From: Octopus sinensis
Taxonomy: Eukaryota
Reading direction: 5' to 3'
NCBI RefSeq assembly: GCF_006345805.1
Contig: NW_021836082.1
Span: forward strand, 1-25,870
Length of the DNA stretch: 25,870 nt
Both the position numbers and the translations under genes were made by a program. The notes beneath the pieces were generated by a model. That model was given only the letters and a program-made list of their open reading frames with translations. It was not told where the DNA came from and made no database searches. Below, piece after piece: positions 1-11,151 of this stretch. The first letter of the stretch is position 1. The number at the start of each line of letters is the position of its first letter.

Positions 1-310
1 AGTGGAAGTGTGTGCATTGCATGTTCTCTCTTTACCCCTCCCCCCTACACCTACGGTTTTCCCCCGTCTCTATGTGTCTGTTTGTCTGTCTGTCCTTCTG
101 TGAAAGACAGAGAGTAAGTGTGCTCTCTCTCTCTCTCTCTCTATCTCCTCTCTCTGACCCTATCCGTGTCTAATTGTTTCTTTGTCTTTCTGAGTTTTGT
201 GTTGTCTGTTTCCTTTATTTGTTATACACGCAGGCACATATACACTGTTGCTTTCTTTTTACATCTTTTTCCCCTCTTTCTCCTTCACTCCACTCATTCA
301 TTTATTTCTC

Positions 311-340
311 TATTTGTCTCTTTCACTTTCTCTCTCTCAG
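311..340 (+). promoter_or_regulatory. Candidate 3' splice acceptor 8 nt upstream of the ATG
   Basis: Long polypyrimidine tract ending ...tctctctcag|ccaccgacATG. Confidence 0.6.
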
Positions 341-348
341 CCACCGAC

Positions 349-967
349 ATGCCATCATCTTCACCCGTCGTCGTGTCACCCCATCGCCGAAGACGATCTT
401 TCCTCATCGGTTCTTCCTCGTCATCATCACCAAAACCATGGTCACGCTGGCATCGACGGCGCCACTGCCTCGGTTATGTTATGGCCACACTACTCTTGCT
501 CTCTTCTGCCGACGTGGGGCGATGTCGTGCTGACAAATTTACCAACAATGCCAACAGTGACAACACCAATAGCAACAACAACAATAACAACCACAACAAT
601 GCAAATCATCATTCGAAGAATGAGCACAACAAATTGCAAGCGCTTTTGAAACTGAACTACAAGGATTCGGACAGCGGGCGAGACCGTACGGAAACCACCC
701 GCGGGATGTTCTTGGCAGGTAGCGCCGTTAAGAGTGTGTCAGGTTTACTTATACATGTTCGATCAGGCAATAATTCCTTTGGATGTACCACTATTGATAA
801 CCCGCCGCCCCCGAGCGTAAAGCAGTGGATTGCTATACTCATGAAAGGTGGCTGTGATTTCATCGACAAAATCCGGGTAGCGGCTGCTTTCAATGCCTCG
901 GCTGCGGTCATCTATGACGAGAAAAACGGGCTACAACCTGTCTTTGCTAACAGACACGATGCAGACG
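349..967 (+). CDS. Coding exon of a PA-domain/TM/RING E3 ubiquitin ligase (Goliath/GRAIL family, RNF130/RNF150-like): signal peptide, Asn/His-rich insert and most of the PA domain; exact orthologue uncertain
   Basis: ATG at 349 in frame with ORF 118..978. Hydrophobic CLGYVMATLLLLSSA then CRA/DKF resembles a signal peptide. WIAILMKGGCDFIDKIRVAAAFNASAAVIYD matches the GRAIL-type PA motif (WIALI.RG.C.F..K...A...NA.AVVIYN). The exon ends gcagacg|gtaagt (phase 1 donor at 968). No downstream exon was recognised in the window. Confidence 0.88.
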
Positions 968-973
968 GTAAGT
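968..973 (+). promoter_or_regulatory. 5' splice donor (GTAAGT) opening an intron that appears to run past the window end
   Basis: Perfect consensus g|gtaagt; the reading frame closes at 978 if unspliced. Confidence 0.85.
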
Positions 974-1085
974 TGTGATGTATTTTATTTATTTATTTCT
1001 ATTTCCAGGTGGAAAGTATCACGGTCTGAACCAAATTCTGACCGCAACTTATCTAAGTTACTATACGGTATATATTGCATCTTGT

Positions 1086-1318
1086 AAGGCGGCGAGCTGG
1101 CAGAACCGTTAGTACGCCGGACGAAATACTTTGCGGTATTTCGTCCGCCGCTACGTTCTGAGTTCAAATTCCGCCGAGGTCGACTTTGCCTTTCATCCTT
1201 TCGGGGTCGATTAAATAAGTACCAGTTACGCACTGGGGTCGATATAATCGACTTAATTCGTTTGTCTGTCCTTGTTTGTCTTCTCTGTGTTTAGCCCCTT
1301 GTGGATAGTAAAAAAATA
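1086..1318 (+). mobile_element. Full-length tRNA-derived SINE with 19-bp target-site duplication
   Basis: Head ggcggcgagctggcagaa, B box gagttcaaatt, A-rich tail; identical ggtatatattgcatcttgt at 1067-1085 and 1319-1337. Confidence 0.9.
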
Positions 1319-1351
1319 GGTATATATTGCATCTTGTGTTTATGTTTGTAG

Positions 1352-1880
1352 GAGCAGTGAGTGGATTGGTAGACTATAACGTCAGGCTTTGGTATATTTC
1401 CGTTGCTTTACACTTTGAGTTCAAATTCCACCCCGCTTGACATTGCGTCCCCTCAGTCAGGGGTGACTCGGTCCACTAAAATTTTTTTCTGCAATTGGCA
1501 CAAGAGGCCTGAAATTTTTTAATGGGGTAGGATGCTAGTCGATTACATCGTTCCTGAAAAGATGAAAGGCAAAGTTGAACTCGGCGGTATTTGAACTCAG
1601 AACGTAAAGAGCCGGAAGAAATGTCGCTAAGCATCTTGTCTAGCGTACTAAACGACCCGGCAAATTCGTTACCATAATAATTCTTTCTACTTTGGGTTGA
1701 AGGGGCTGGAATTTTGAAGGAGCGAGTAAGTCGATTACATTGGCTCCCAATGCTCGATTAGTACTTATTTTATCGACCCTGAAAGGATGAAAGGCAAAGT
1801 CGACCTCGGCGGAATTGGAACTCTGTAAAAGCTAAGCTTTTTGTCCGGCATGCAAACGATTCTGCCCGCTCACCGCCTTG
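1352..1880. mobile_element. Cluster of decayed copies of the 1086 SINE family in both orientations
   Basis: gagttcaaattcc at ~1417 (+); gaaaggcaaagt(t/c)gac/aactcggcgg...gaactc at ~1565-1600 and ~1790-1822 (-). Confidence 0.7.
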
Positions 1881-1892
1881 CGAGGAGTGATG

Positions 1893-1944
1893 GATCACTA
1901 AAATACGATCCACTAAAATACGATCCACTAAAATACGATCCACT
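1893..1944. repeat. 15-bp tandem repeat (gatccactaaaatac), ~3.5 copies
   Basis: Units start at 1893 (1-nt deletion), 1907, 1922 and 1937 (partial). Confidence 0.9.
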
Positions 1945-2384
1945 TAGTACTAAAGTACTTGTATAGATCTGACCTATACCAATTCCTATCTTAGAAATTA
2001 TTGTCCTAAGAGTGAATCGGAAGTGTGTTCCGAGTTTACATGCGGTCAAGTCAAACTTGACTTTCAATGTTTTTAGTGTCAATAAAAAATAAAGTACAAA
2101 CCAAGTACTTCAAAAGATTGATTATCGAGCTCTAAAACAACTTCCCCGTATTGTATGGCATTTGACTCGTTATTGTTGTTTAGCCCACGGTCAGTCCTTA
2201 TCGAATTGACCTTACTACCAAAGATATTTCAACTTTGTTTTTTTCAAACATAATGTATCTGGAAATATATCATTTGATTTGAGGGAGATTTGGTTTCTAT
2301 TTCTAGCAAGTCTGATGGCCACATTATTATTGGTGTTGTTGGATTGGTGGAATCAGTTGAGCGTCTGAACGGAACACCTTGTAG

Positions 2385-2690
2385 TATTTAGTTCCAGCTC
2401 TTTATGTGTTCTGAGCTCAAATCCTGCCGAGATCAACATTGTTGTTCATGCCCACGGAGTTGATAAAATACCCATCAAGCATAGGGGTTGAACTGATCGT
2501 CTGACGTCCTCCCATCAAAATTGCTGGCCTTGTAGTATTAGTAGATTCGGTTCTTTACGTTCTGAGTTCAAATTCAGCCGAGATCAACTTTACCTTTCAA
2601 CTCTCAGTGGTTGATAAAATACCATTAAAGTGTTGAAGCCGATGAAATCGTCTAACCACCTCTCAAAATTACATGCCTTGTACCCAAATT
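2385..2690 (+). mobile_element. Two decayed SINE copies (1086 family)
   Basis: ttctgagctcaaatcctgccgagatcaac and ttctgagttcaaattcagccgagatcaac followed by ttgataaaatac. Confidence 0.65.
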
Positions 2691-3246
2691 CGAAATAGTT
2701 ACTGCTTAGCCCTGGTCAGGCCTGACTGGGCTCATCTATTAACAAGCATTTCAAGTCGTGATCATCTTGTTCTCTACTCCTTATAATCCATCTTGGATTA
2801 GAATATCCATGTAATTTTTATTTAAACAGCAACATTATCATTTGAGGGAAATTTCTTTTCTATTTCGTGTTTTTTGAATCAATACTGTTCAATATTTAAA
2901 CGTAAACCGTACGATTTTCAATAATTGCTTGAAGTCTCTCAGTTTCACTATCGTCCATCCGGAGAAATACGAGCAGAAAGTAATTCTCATAGCTTCTCAT
3001 TCCTCCTCTGTTCCTTGGAAATTTATCAATTTCTCGGTGAGTTCCAAAGACAAGAATGTTATCTTTATATCCAGTTGCAACAATTACTCAGTATCTATAC
3101 ATATTGGCAGAAGGAATTCTATTGAAAGATGAATTTCAAGTTTTATATTTGTACCGTTTTTGAAACATCGTTCTAGCCAGAACAATTTCAGGTGTGTGAT
3201 TGTATATATAAGCGTGTGTGTGTGTATAAGTAGGTATGCATATATG

Positions 3247-3293
<47 letters not shown>

Positions 3294-3389
3294 GTATGTA
3301 TATATGTGTATGCATTTGTGAATGTGTACATTGGTGTTTATGTGTTTGTGTATATGTGTCTATGCATATATATGTGTTTGTGTGTGTGT

Positions 3390-3725
3390 AGGTACAAGCA
3401 TGGTTATGTGGTTAAAAACCACTTAGGTTTTGAGTCCAGGCACTACTTTAAGTAAGTGTTTTACTACAGTAGCCCTGGGGGAGAGGGTAGACAACAAAAG
3501 CTTTATATCCAGACTTGGTAGATGGAAAGTGAAAAAAGACCTTTGTATAAGTTTCTGTGTGGATGTTTGTGTCTCCTCATCTTAATAATGCACAGTAGTT
3601 GTAAATGAGTGTCACCACCATACAAGCAGGGTCCCTTCTTTCCAGTCTTCCATGAAAACATGTCTGGTCAAGGGGAAGTGTTACCTTGCTTGGATGACAG
3701 GAAGGGTATCAGGGTATTGAAACTC
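3390..3725 (+). mobile_element. Decayed SINE with RTE-type tail motif
   Basis: Degenerate match to the 11962 SINE head and body; ttggatgacaggaagggtatc resembles the RTE tail motif. Confidence 0.5.
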
Positions 3726-3808
3726 TATTTCAATGAGTTCCCTATTTCTTGTGAAAGCATAGAAAAGTGTGTATACATATGTATGTATGTGTGTGGGTTT
3801 GTGTAATA

Positions 3809-4028
3809 TGAAGGGGTACTGAAAAGTTCCTGGCTTAGGGTAAAAGAAAATTCAGGAAGATCAATTAATTATGATTTTATACAACAAAATTCACACTCTC
3901 AAATTCACACATTTATTGCAGCAGTTCTTCATTTTTTTCTTTACCCTGTAAAAGAACTTGGAATGTTGATCCTCCAACCGGGTCTTTCACAATACCCTTA
4001 AAGAGTGGAACCTTTCAGCACTCCCTCG
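3809..4028. mobile_element. Tc1/mariner-type MITE
   Basis: 22-bp imperfect TIRs: tgaaggggtactgaaaagttcc vs reverse complement cgagggagtgctgaaaggttcc (17/22); TA on the left flank, TG on the right. Confidence 0.75.
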
Positions 4029-4256
4029 TGTGTGTGTGTAATATAACTGCACATGGACTGTTGACGATTTTTCCTTATCTTTCCTTCTTCCTCTTTGGAT
4101 TTTCCTGTTTCCGACAAAGAACTATGCTCAAAATGTTAACAACAACTCTCTCCTTTCACCAAGCATCAAATTAATATATTTCTTGTGCACATCCTCACAT
4201 TCATTTTTTTCTTTTCTTCTCTGTTTTCAATTGTTTGTTTATTTGAATTAATTAAT

Positions 4257-4301
<45 letters not shown>

Positions 4302-4330
4302 ATATATACTATATATATATATATAATATT

Positions 4331-4800
4331 ATCATCATCATTGTCATTTAACATCCATCTTCCATGGGTTGGATGGTTTTGACTGAGGTCTGGAAAGCCA
4401 GCGGCTATACCAGGCTCCATTCTGAGCGGGCAATGTTTTTACAGCTGGATGCCCTTCCTAATGCCAACCACTCCGAGAGTGTAGTGGATGCTTTTTATGT
4501 GTCACCAGCACAGGAGCCAGTCAGGCGGCCTTGGCTTCGATCACCTTCAGATAGTGCTTTGTACATGCCACCAGCATGGGGGCCAGTTGACCACATTTGG
4601 ATTGTGCTTTTTATGTGCCACTGGCACTGGAGCGAGTCAGGTGGCCCAGGCATCAATCACATTCGGATTGTGCTTTTTACATGCATGGGAGCCAGTCAGG
4701 GGGCACTGGCTTCGGCCTCATTTAGATGGTGCTTTTTACGTGCCACCAGCATGGGAACCAGTCAAGCTGACTTGACAGTAACCAAGTTCAGATGGTGCTT
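4331..4800 (-). mobile_element. RTE 3'-UTR/tail fragment with decayed minisatellite
   Basis: (CAT)n, then acagctggatgcccttcctaatgccaaccactccgagagtgtagtgg as in the RTE 3' UTR at ~12830-12877. Confidence 0.85.
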
Positions 4801-5098
4801 TTTAGAAGCGTTAACATGTCAGGCAAATTGCTTAACAGTATTTCACCCATCTTCATGTTCTGAGTCCAAATACTGCTACAGTCAACTTTACATTTCATCC
4901 TTTCAGGGGTGTGTATATATATATATATAATATATAGATGAGAAAGTTGGTTTGTGAAAGCATGTGGTTGAATATATAGAAAATAGTAAAAAGTGAAAAA
5001 ACTACAGAAGGCTTGTTTTAAAAGGTTAAAAAATATATATTTGAGTCAATATGTCTGAAGAATGTTATCAATTTTTTTCTTACAATGACATAGTTTAG

Positions 5099-5138
5099 AA
5101 GAAATGACTGGTTTCGCGTTCAGCTTTTCAAATTTCTT
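5099..5138 (-). ncRNA. Minimal type I hammerhead motif, U3-A8 core variant
   Basis: Minus strand AAGAAAU UUGAAAA GC-UGAAC-GC GAAAC CA GUC| AUUUCUU: 7-bp stem I, 2-bp stem II. Confidence 0.6.
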
Positions 5139-5349
5139 ACATCGTTATGTTTACGTTGAGAAGAGTTCCAAATAAGGGGAGGTAATAAGTGATTTCTTCC
5201 GGTGTAAGGGAGATAATCGCTTAAAATTTTTTGTCTTTCCTTTGGAGTGAATTTCTCTGTATAAGTATGTTGGAATGGTTAAGTTTTATTTGGAACTCTT
5301 CTCAACATAAACATAACGATAACTCTTCTCAACGTAAACATAACGATGT

Positions 5350-5389
5350 AAGAAATTTGAAAAGCTGAACGCGAAACCGATCATTTCTT
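5350..5389 (+). ncRNA. Minimal type I hammerhead motif, U3-A8 core variant (stem III lesion)
   Basis: AAGAAAU UUGAAAA GC-UGAAC-GC GAAAC CG AUC| AUUUCUU. Confidence 0.55.
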
Positions 5390-5522
5390 CTAAACTATGT
5401 CATTGTAAGAAAAAATTGATAACATTCTTCAGACATATTGACTCAAATATATATTTTTTAACCTTTTAAAACAAGCCTTCTGTAGTTTTTTCACTTTTTA
5501 CTATTTTCTATATATATATATA

Positions 5523-5747
5523 TTTCTTTATTGCCCACAAGGGGCTAAACATAGAGGGGACAAACAAGGACAGACATAGGTATTAAGTCGATTATATCGA
5601 CCCCAGTGCGTAACTGGTACTTAAGTTATCGACCCCGAAAGGATGAAAGTCAAAGTCGACCTCGGCGGAATTTGAACTCGAAACGTATCGACAGACGAAA
5701 TACGGCTACGCATTTCGCCCGGCGTGCTAACGTTTCTGCCAGCTTGC

Positions 5748-5748
<1 letters not shown>
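5523..5748 (-). mobile_element. tRNA-derived SINE (1086 family), inverted
   Basis: Reverse complement of 1086-1318 over its full length. Confidence 0.9.
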
Positions 5749-5803
<55 letters not shown>

Positions 5804-5809
5804 TATATA

Positions 5810-5970
5810 GGCACTGGAGTGGCTGTGTGGTAAGTAGCTTGCTTACCAACCACATGGTTCAGCTTCAGTCCCACTGCATGGCACCTCGGGCAAGTGTCTT
5901 TTACTATAGCTTCAGGCCGATCAAAGCCTTGTGAGTGGATCTGGTTGACGGAAACTCAAAGAAGCCCGTA
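5810..5970 (+). mobile_element. tRNA-derived SINE with CORE-like segment (11962 family), 5' half
   Basis: ggcactggagtggctgtgtggtaagtagcttgcttaccaaccacatgg...gcacctcgggcaagtgtctt. Confidence 0.85.
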
Positions 5971-6020
<50 letters not shown>

Positions 6021-6204
6021 ATATGTTTGTGTGTCTGTGTTTATCTGTACTCCAAATTATATTTGTAAATGTTACATTTTATGTTAGAGCTGAAGAAGAT
6101 ACTGGCAAATGCCCTGGCACTTTGCCACCATCTCACTCCTGCTCTCTTCAATTTTCAAGGACACAATGTGCTGCCATGAGGGAATTCATTCAGTCCAGTG
6201 AAGG

Positions 6205-6450
6205 TGCATAGCTTAGTAATGGTAAGAGTGTTGCACTTGCAATTGGAAGATCATGATTTCAAATCCTGGACTGGATGGTGTACTGTGTTCTTGAGCAAAA
6301 CACTTCATTTCATGTTGCTCCAGGCCACTTTACCATAAATGAGTGACCCTGCAACAGATTAGTGTCCCCTTTAGAGGGAATGTTATTTTCTCAGTTACCC
6401 ATTTGTCATTGAAACTGGGTAACCAGCCCCAGGAGTCTTAAGGCTTGGGA
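6205..6450 (+). mobile_element. Decayed tRNA SINE with V/Meta-domain-like segment
   Basis: A-box-like tagcttagtaatgg, B-box-like gatttcaaatcc, and accctgcaacagattagtgtcccc...gaaactggg resembling 24065-24140. Confidence 0.55.
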
Positions 6451-7079
6451 AATACTTGCTTACAGTCCTCCTTATCCATTATTCTGTATTGGTTTTATTT
6501 TATAGACCCTGATATATTAAAATACAAATTTGACCCCTGCATGATTTGAACTCAGATTGCAGAATGTCAGAACAAATATTGAAAGTATTCTGTCCAGCTC
6601 TAGCTTACTTTACCTATCAGAGCACATTAGCCAAATATTGTGGTAAAACAAAATAGTTCAAACAGTGGAGTATGTTTTACGTTGTGGAGACAATCTGAAG
6701 CTTAACATTTTAAACACTTGCTCCTCATCAGAATGAATGTGAAAAAGCAATGGTCTTATTTAATAGGTTGTAAAATGATGGGAATAGCTCTGTGCATGAG
6801 TATACAATTGTGAGTATGAAGTATTTAATTATAGTGGGTATAGCTGTGTTTGTGCATGGGTATTAATCAAATATAATATGTAGGAAAAGCTCCGTGTTTG
6901 TGAGAGAGAGAGAGTGCAATGTGTGAGTATTCAGTCCAAGTTAATTCTTGTGTATTTTGTAAATGCATGATATTTATTTTTGTCTGAGAACAAATATATT
7001 AGTTCATACACACAGTAAATTATATATATATATATGTGGTGTGTGTGCATGTGTTTTATATATGTGTATTTATATATGC

Positions 7080-7111
<32 letters not shown>

Positions 7112-7254
7112 CTATATATATTATATATATTCATACATAAATATCTCCATAATTTATTTGTAAGCATGTTTGACTACATAGATACATCTATCTAAAATGT
7201 AATACATTGTGACTTTCAGATCAAATAGAAAGTAATTTTGTATGTCTGTGTGTA

Positions 7255-7285
<31 letters not shown>

Positions 7286-7861
7286 TTATGTGCTTGGGTA
7301 TGTGCATACTTAAAGAGTTAATGGTTGGACATGTAATGTGCATATATAAATATGTAATTGTGTGACTGTGCAAATGTTTGTGTGTTTAATATTTAATGAA
7401 TCTGCTGTGTATGCATTTGTAATATGTTAATGGACAATAGTTAAGTATGTTATAGCTTAAGAGCGTATGTTATCGTTTGTTTATTAACAATTTGTGTATT
7501 CCCATATATTTGTGTTTGTGTGTATATGTAAATATCTATGTATATTAACGTTTATGTATACATATGTAATTTATGTATACACACACTATATATATATATA
7601 TATATAATTATATAATATATATATATATATAATATATATATATATATATTTCAGCTAGATATGTTTCAGCCAAAGATTGTCCTGGGCCATGTCTAATTAA
7701 TAGCACCACTGATGCTATGTGTGTGTTTGTGTGTGTGTGTGTGTGTGTGCATGTAATTGTTAAAGAGGACAACAAACATTAAGGCAAGACAAACATCTCA
7801 AGTTATATTATTATTGGAAAAATTCTAAGTCTTACAGCTGTTTCTGGGATGTAACATATAT

Positions 7862-7965
7862 AGGCACAGGAGTGGCTGTGTGGTAAGTAGCCTGCTTACC
7901 AACCACATGGTTGCAGGTTCAGTCTCACTGCGTGACACCTTGGGCAAGTGTCTTCTACTATAGCC
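7862..7965 (+). mobile_element. SINE head (11962 family)
   Basis: ggcacaggagtggctgtgtggtaagtagcctgcttaccaaccacatgg...ccttgggcaagtgtcttctactatagcc. Confidence 0.85.
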
Positions 7966-8709
7966 TGGCATCAAGACACCTCTACCATATTTCTACCCAC
8001 CCTTCTCACTCACTTCAGAAGGTTTGTTTCTCTTCATCTTTGTGTATTATATGTCTGCCTCACTAGTGTCAGTGCTCCCCCCACTCCAACACACTATGCA
8101 CACTGTAACATTGGTTGGCATTAGGAAGGGCATCTCACCGTAGAAACCATGCTATCCATGCCACTCTTTTAATAATACTAACCATGATGATGATGACAGT
8201 GGTGATTGTGGCAGCAGTAATGATGATGATGATGATGATGATGAAGAGGAGGAGGAGTAGGAACTTGATGAAAAAAAATCCAGAGAAGATAGTTACTTTT
8301 GCAATCATCATTGATGAGTTTGCTTAGATTTGCCCACTTTGGCCATGTCACCCATTACAACCCCACAAATGGTATTCAGAAACCTGATGGGGGACAGTGC
8401 CCCATTAGTCATACAGAATTGGTCTAGTCAAAGAAGGAGTTTAGCTGGACAGTTGATTCTTGTATATCCATCTCGAAGTGTCCATTAGAGTTTATCGCTT
8501 ATGAATTGTTGCTTACCTCTTCAGTAATATCCTGCAAAAACGCACACCCCCTCCTCTCTCTCTCTAATAACATCAGCGCTTGCAAGAAGACTTCCATAGT
8601 CTTTGATCAGCTGCTCTTACCAGTAAATAATTAGAATTTCAAAAAGCACCATAATTCTTTGCTACAACCTGTTTGGTGACTAACCAAGCAGTGAACTTGT
8701 ACAATAGCA

Positions 8710-9000
8710 TCATCATCATCATCATCATACGTCCATTTTCTATGCTGGCATGGGTTGGACGGTTTGACAGGAGCTTGCAAGGCCAGAGAACTGCACCAGC
8801 CTCCAATTGTCTGTTTTGGCAAGGCTTTTACAGTTAGATACCCTTCCTAATGCCAGTCACTTTATGGAGTGTACTGGGTGCTTTATATGTGGTAACAGCA
8901 CAGGTGCTCTATATGTGGGGCCAGCACAGGTGCACTGTATGTGATGCCAGCATGGTTGCTTTATAAGCCAGCTGCTTATTACGTAACACCAGCACATGAA
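8710..9000 (-). mobile_element. RTE 3' tail fragment
   Basis: (CAT)n, gctggcatgggttggacggtt, cccttcctaatgcca, decayed minisatellite. Confidence 0.75.
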
Positions 9001-9137
9001 CAGTGTTTTGATTTCAACAAAGTAAAACTTCAACATATACAAACATGTAGTATATTTGGTGGCATATAAGGCATACCTTTTTCTATCCCTCCCAAAACAA
9101 TGTCTCAAAAAATGACTGTGGGTCCTATATGCAAATA

Positions 9138-9360
9138 TTGGGTTGTCCAGAAAGTTCATGCCGATTTATAGTAGCTTACCTTTTGACTTATTTTAGAACA
9201 TGGTTGAGTCCATGAAATAGGATTTGACTACACCTCCATTTAGAGCACAGTTTAAGCTATCTTTTCGTGGAAGAAGGTTTATGTTCCTATAACCTGTGTT
9301 AATTCTGTAACCCTTTAAAATGGGCTGCTGCAATTAGGGTGCAAATTTTATGCCATCTAA
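9138..9360. mobile_element. Possible mariner-like MITE remnant
   Basis: Left end TA-ttgggttgtccagaaagtt resembles mariner TIRs; the right-end match is only ~10/20. Confidence 0.3.
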
Positions 9361-9689
9361 TATGGCTTCTATGGTGTTTGTTTGTGTGTGTGTGTGTGTG
9401 TGTGTGGTGCAGATGTAGTAGATATAAGACAACATCGAAACCAATGGATAGGCAGCTGTATAAGAAATGTTTCTTCATCTCACTCCTTTGAATTCAAGTC
9501 CTGTTGGAATGTGTTTATCTTCTTGCTCTCTTATGAATGAATACCTGTAATTATAGGGTGAACTCTCCCATTGAAGATGACAAATGAGCGTTCAGCTTTT
9601 GCCGAACGACTTACACAAATGAATTGTTTATAATCATCATCATCATATGTTTATAGTGATCAATTGTTTGAGCCACGCATTAGCTCATT

Positions 9690-9870
9690 CTCTCCAAATC
9701 AATGTTGTTTGAACAGGTGCACTGTGAGCTATGCCTCAGGTGTCGAAGTGATTGCAGAGCAATGTGATGAAGTGTTTTCCTCAAGAACACAATGCACCAC
9801 CTAGTCCAGGAATTGAAACCACAATCTTGAGATTCCAACACACTAACCACTAGGCAATGCACCTTCATCT
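9690..9870 (-). mobile_element. Decayed tRNA SINE
   Basis: ctcaagaacacaatgcacc...ggaattgaaacc...ctaaccactaggcaatgcacct (reverse B and A boxes). Confidence 0.7.
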
Positions 9871-10076
9871 GTGATTTATATATATATATATATATTTGCG
9901 GGTTTGGCTCTGTGAAGTTATACACCTTTGTTATTTGTAGAGAGATTTGATGTGAACATCATTTGGTACAATGTGATGGTAAATGTGGTTCATTGATCTG
10001 TCTGGTTTGATAATAAGTGTGTGTATGTATATATGTATTATATATATATATTATATATATATATATATCTATATAT

Positions 10077-11095
10077 ACATTGTCTGTCTGGACTCCTATG
10101 CCATACTTAAGCTAGTAACCTGCCTCATCTTGATTCCGAATTCCTTTTGACAAGAATGTCCGTAAACGAAGTGATCCCAAGATAAGAAACCTTGCTTTAA
10201 TTCACCCGTTATTTCTATTTATTATTATTATTATTTATTAATTATTATTATCTTCTGATCCCCCTAGACGCCACTCTGTTTACTATTTAGCCTCGCCTCG
10301 TTTTTTTGCATATTCTGTATAATTCACTAGTTCATCGTTAGAGATATTTAAGATCTATTCTCCCTTACAGGGGATGATAGAAATTGGTGCCGATTCTTCG
10401 CGCCCTCTCCCCCCCTTCTTTTTACATTGTCTGTCTGGACTCCTATGCATACTCAAGCTAGTAACCTGCCTCATTCTTGATTCGATTCCTTTTGCCAAGA
10501 CTGTCCGTAAACGAAGTGATAAGCCCAATGATCCAAGACTAAAAAATCCTTGACTTTAATTCATCCCGTATTTCTTTTATTATTATTATTTATTAATTAT
10601 TATTCTGATCCCCCTAGACGCCACTCTGTTTACCTATTTCAGCCTCGCCTCGTTTTTGCATATCTGTTATAAATTCACTAGTTATCGTTATAGATATTTA
10701 GATCTATTTCTCCTTACAGGGCTGATAGAAATTGGCTGCCGATTCTTCGCGCCCTCTCCCCCTCTTTTTACATTGTCTGTCTGGACCTATGCATACTTAA
10801 GCTAGTAACCTGCCTCATTCTTGATCCGAATTCCTTTTGCCAAAACGTCGTAAACGAATGAGTCATCCCAAGATAAGAAATCCTGGATGTTGTTTCATCC
10901 CGTACCTATTTATATTTTCTATTATTTATTAATTATTTTATTCTGATCCCCCTAGACGCTCTGTTACTATTTCAGCCCCTGCCTCGTTTTTGCATATTCT
11001 GTATAATTCAATAGTTTATCGTTATAGAATTTAAGTCTATTCTCCCTCTACAGGGCTGATAGAAATTGGCTGCCGATTTTCGGCGCGACCGCCCT
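10077..11095. repeat. Tandem array of ~347-bp units, ~3 copies
   Basis: acattgtctgtctggac starts at 10077, 10424 and 10770; copies differ mostly by 1-nt indels. Confidence 0.92.
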
Positions 11096-11151
11096 ACCAC
11101 CCCACCACCAATACCGAATACTCTTTTGCTCCAACTAACGGATGTGTTGCT

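Larger units (their letters stand above)
4973..5514. mobile_element. Foldback element A: ~200-bp inverted arms, 110-bp spacer, hammerhead motif in each arm (Penelope-like non-autonomous element, inferred)
   Basis: Arms 4973-5175 and 5286-5514 are reverse complements apart from a 2-nt difference and a 27-bp tandem duplication (5294-5320/5321-5347); flanked by TA runs. Confidence 0.85.

Noticed and set aside
118-348. N-terminal part of ORF 118..978
   Set aside because: It is (CT)n/pyrimidine tract translating to Leu/Ser/Phe runs, starts at a non-ATG codon, and ends at an acceptor-like AG at 340.
968-1010. Acceptor-like tttccag|gt 41 nt after the donor (mini-intron or recursive splice site)
   Set aside because: The intron would be very short, the following frame is not PA-like and stops in the SINE, and the regenerated donor gtggaa is weak.
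2925-3132. Overlapping short ORFs in apparently unique sequence
   Set aside because: No recognisable motif, no continuation of the PA domain and no convincing splice signals.
7220-7231. Possible 12-nt in-frame microexon (ctttcag|atcaaatagaaa|gtaatt)
   Set aside because: Such sites arise by chance in 25 kb and there is no homology or expression support.
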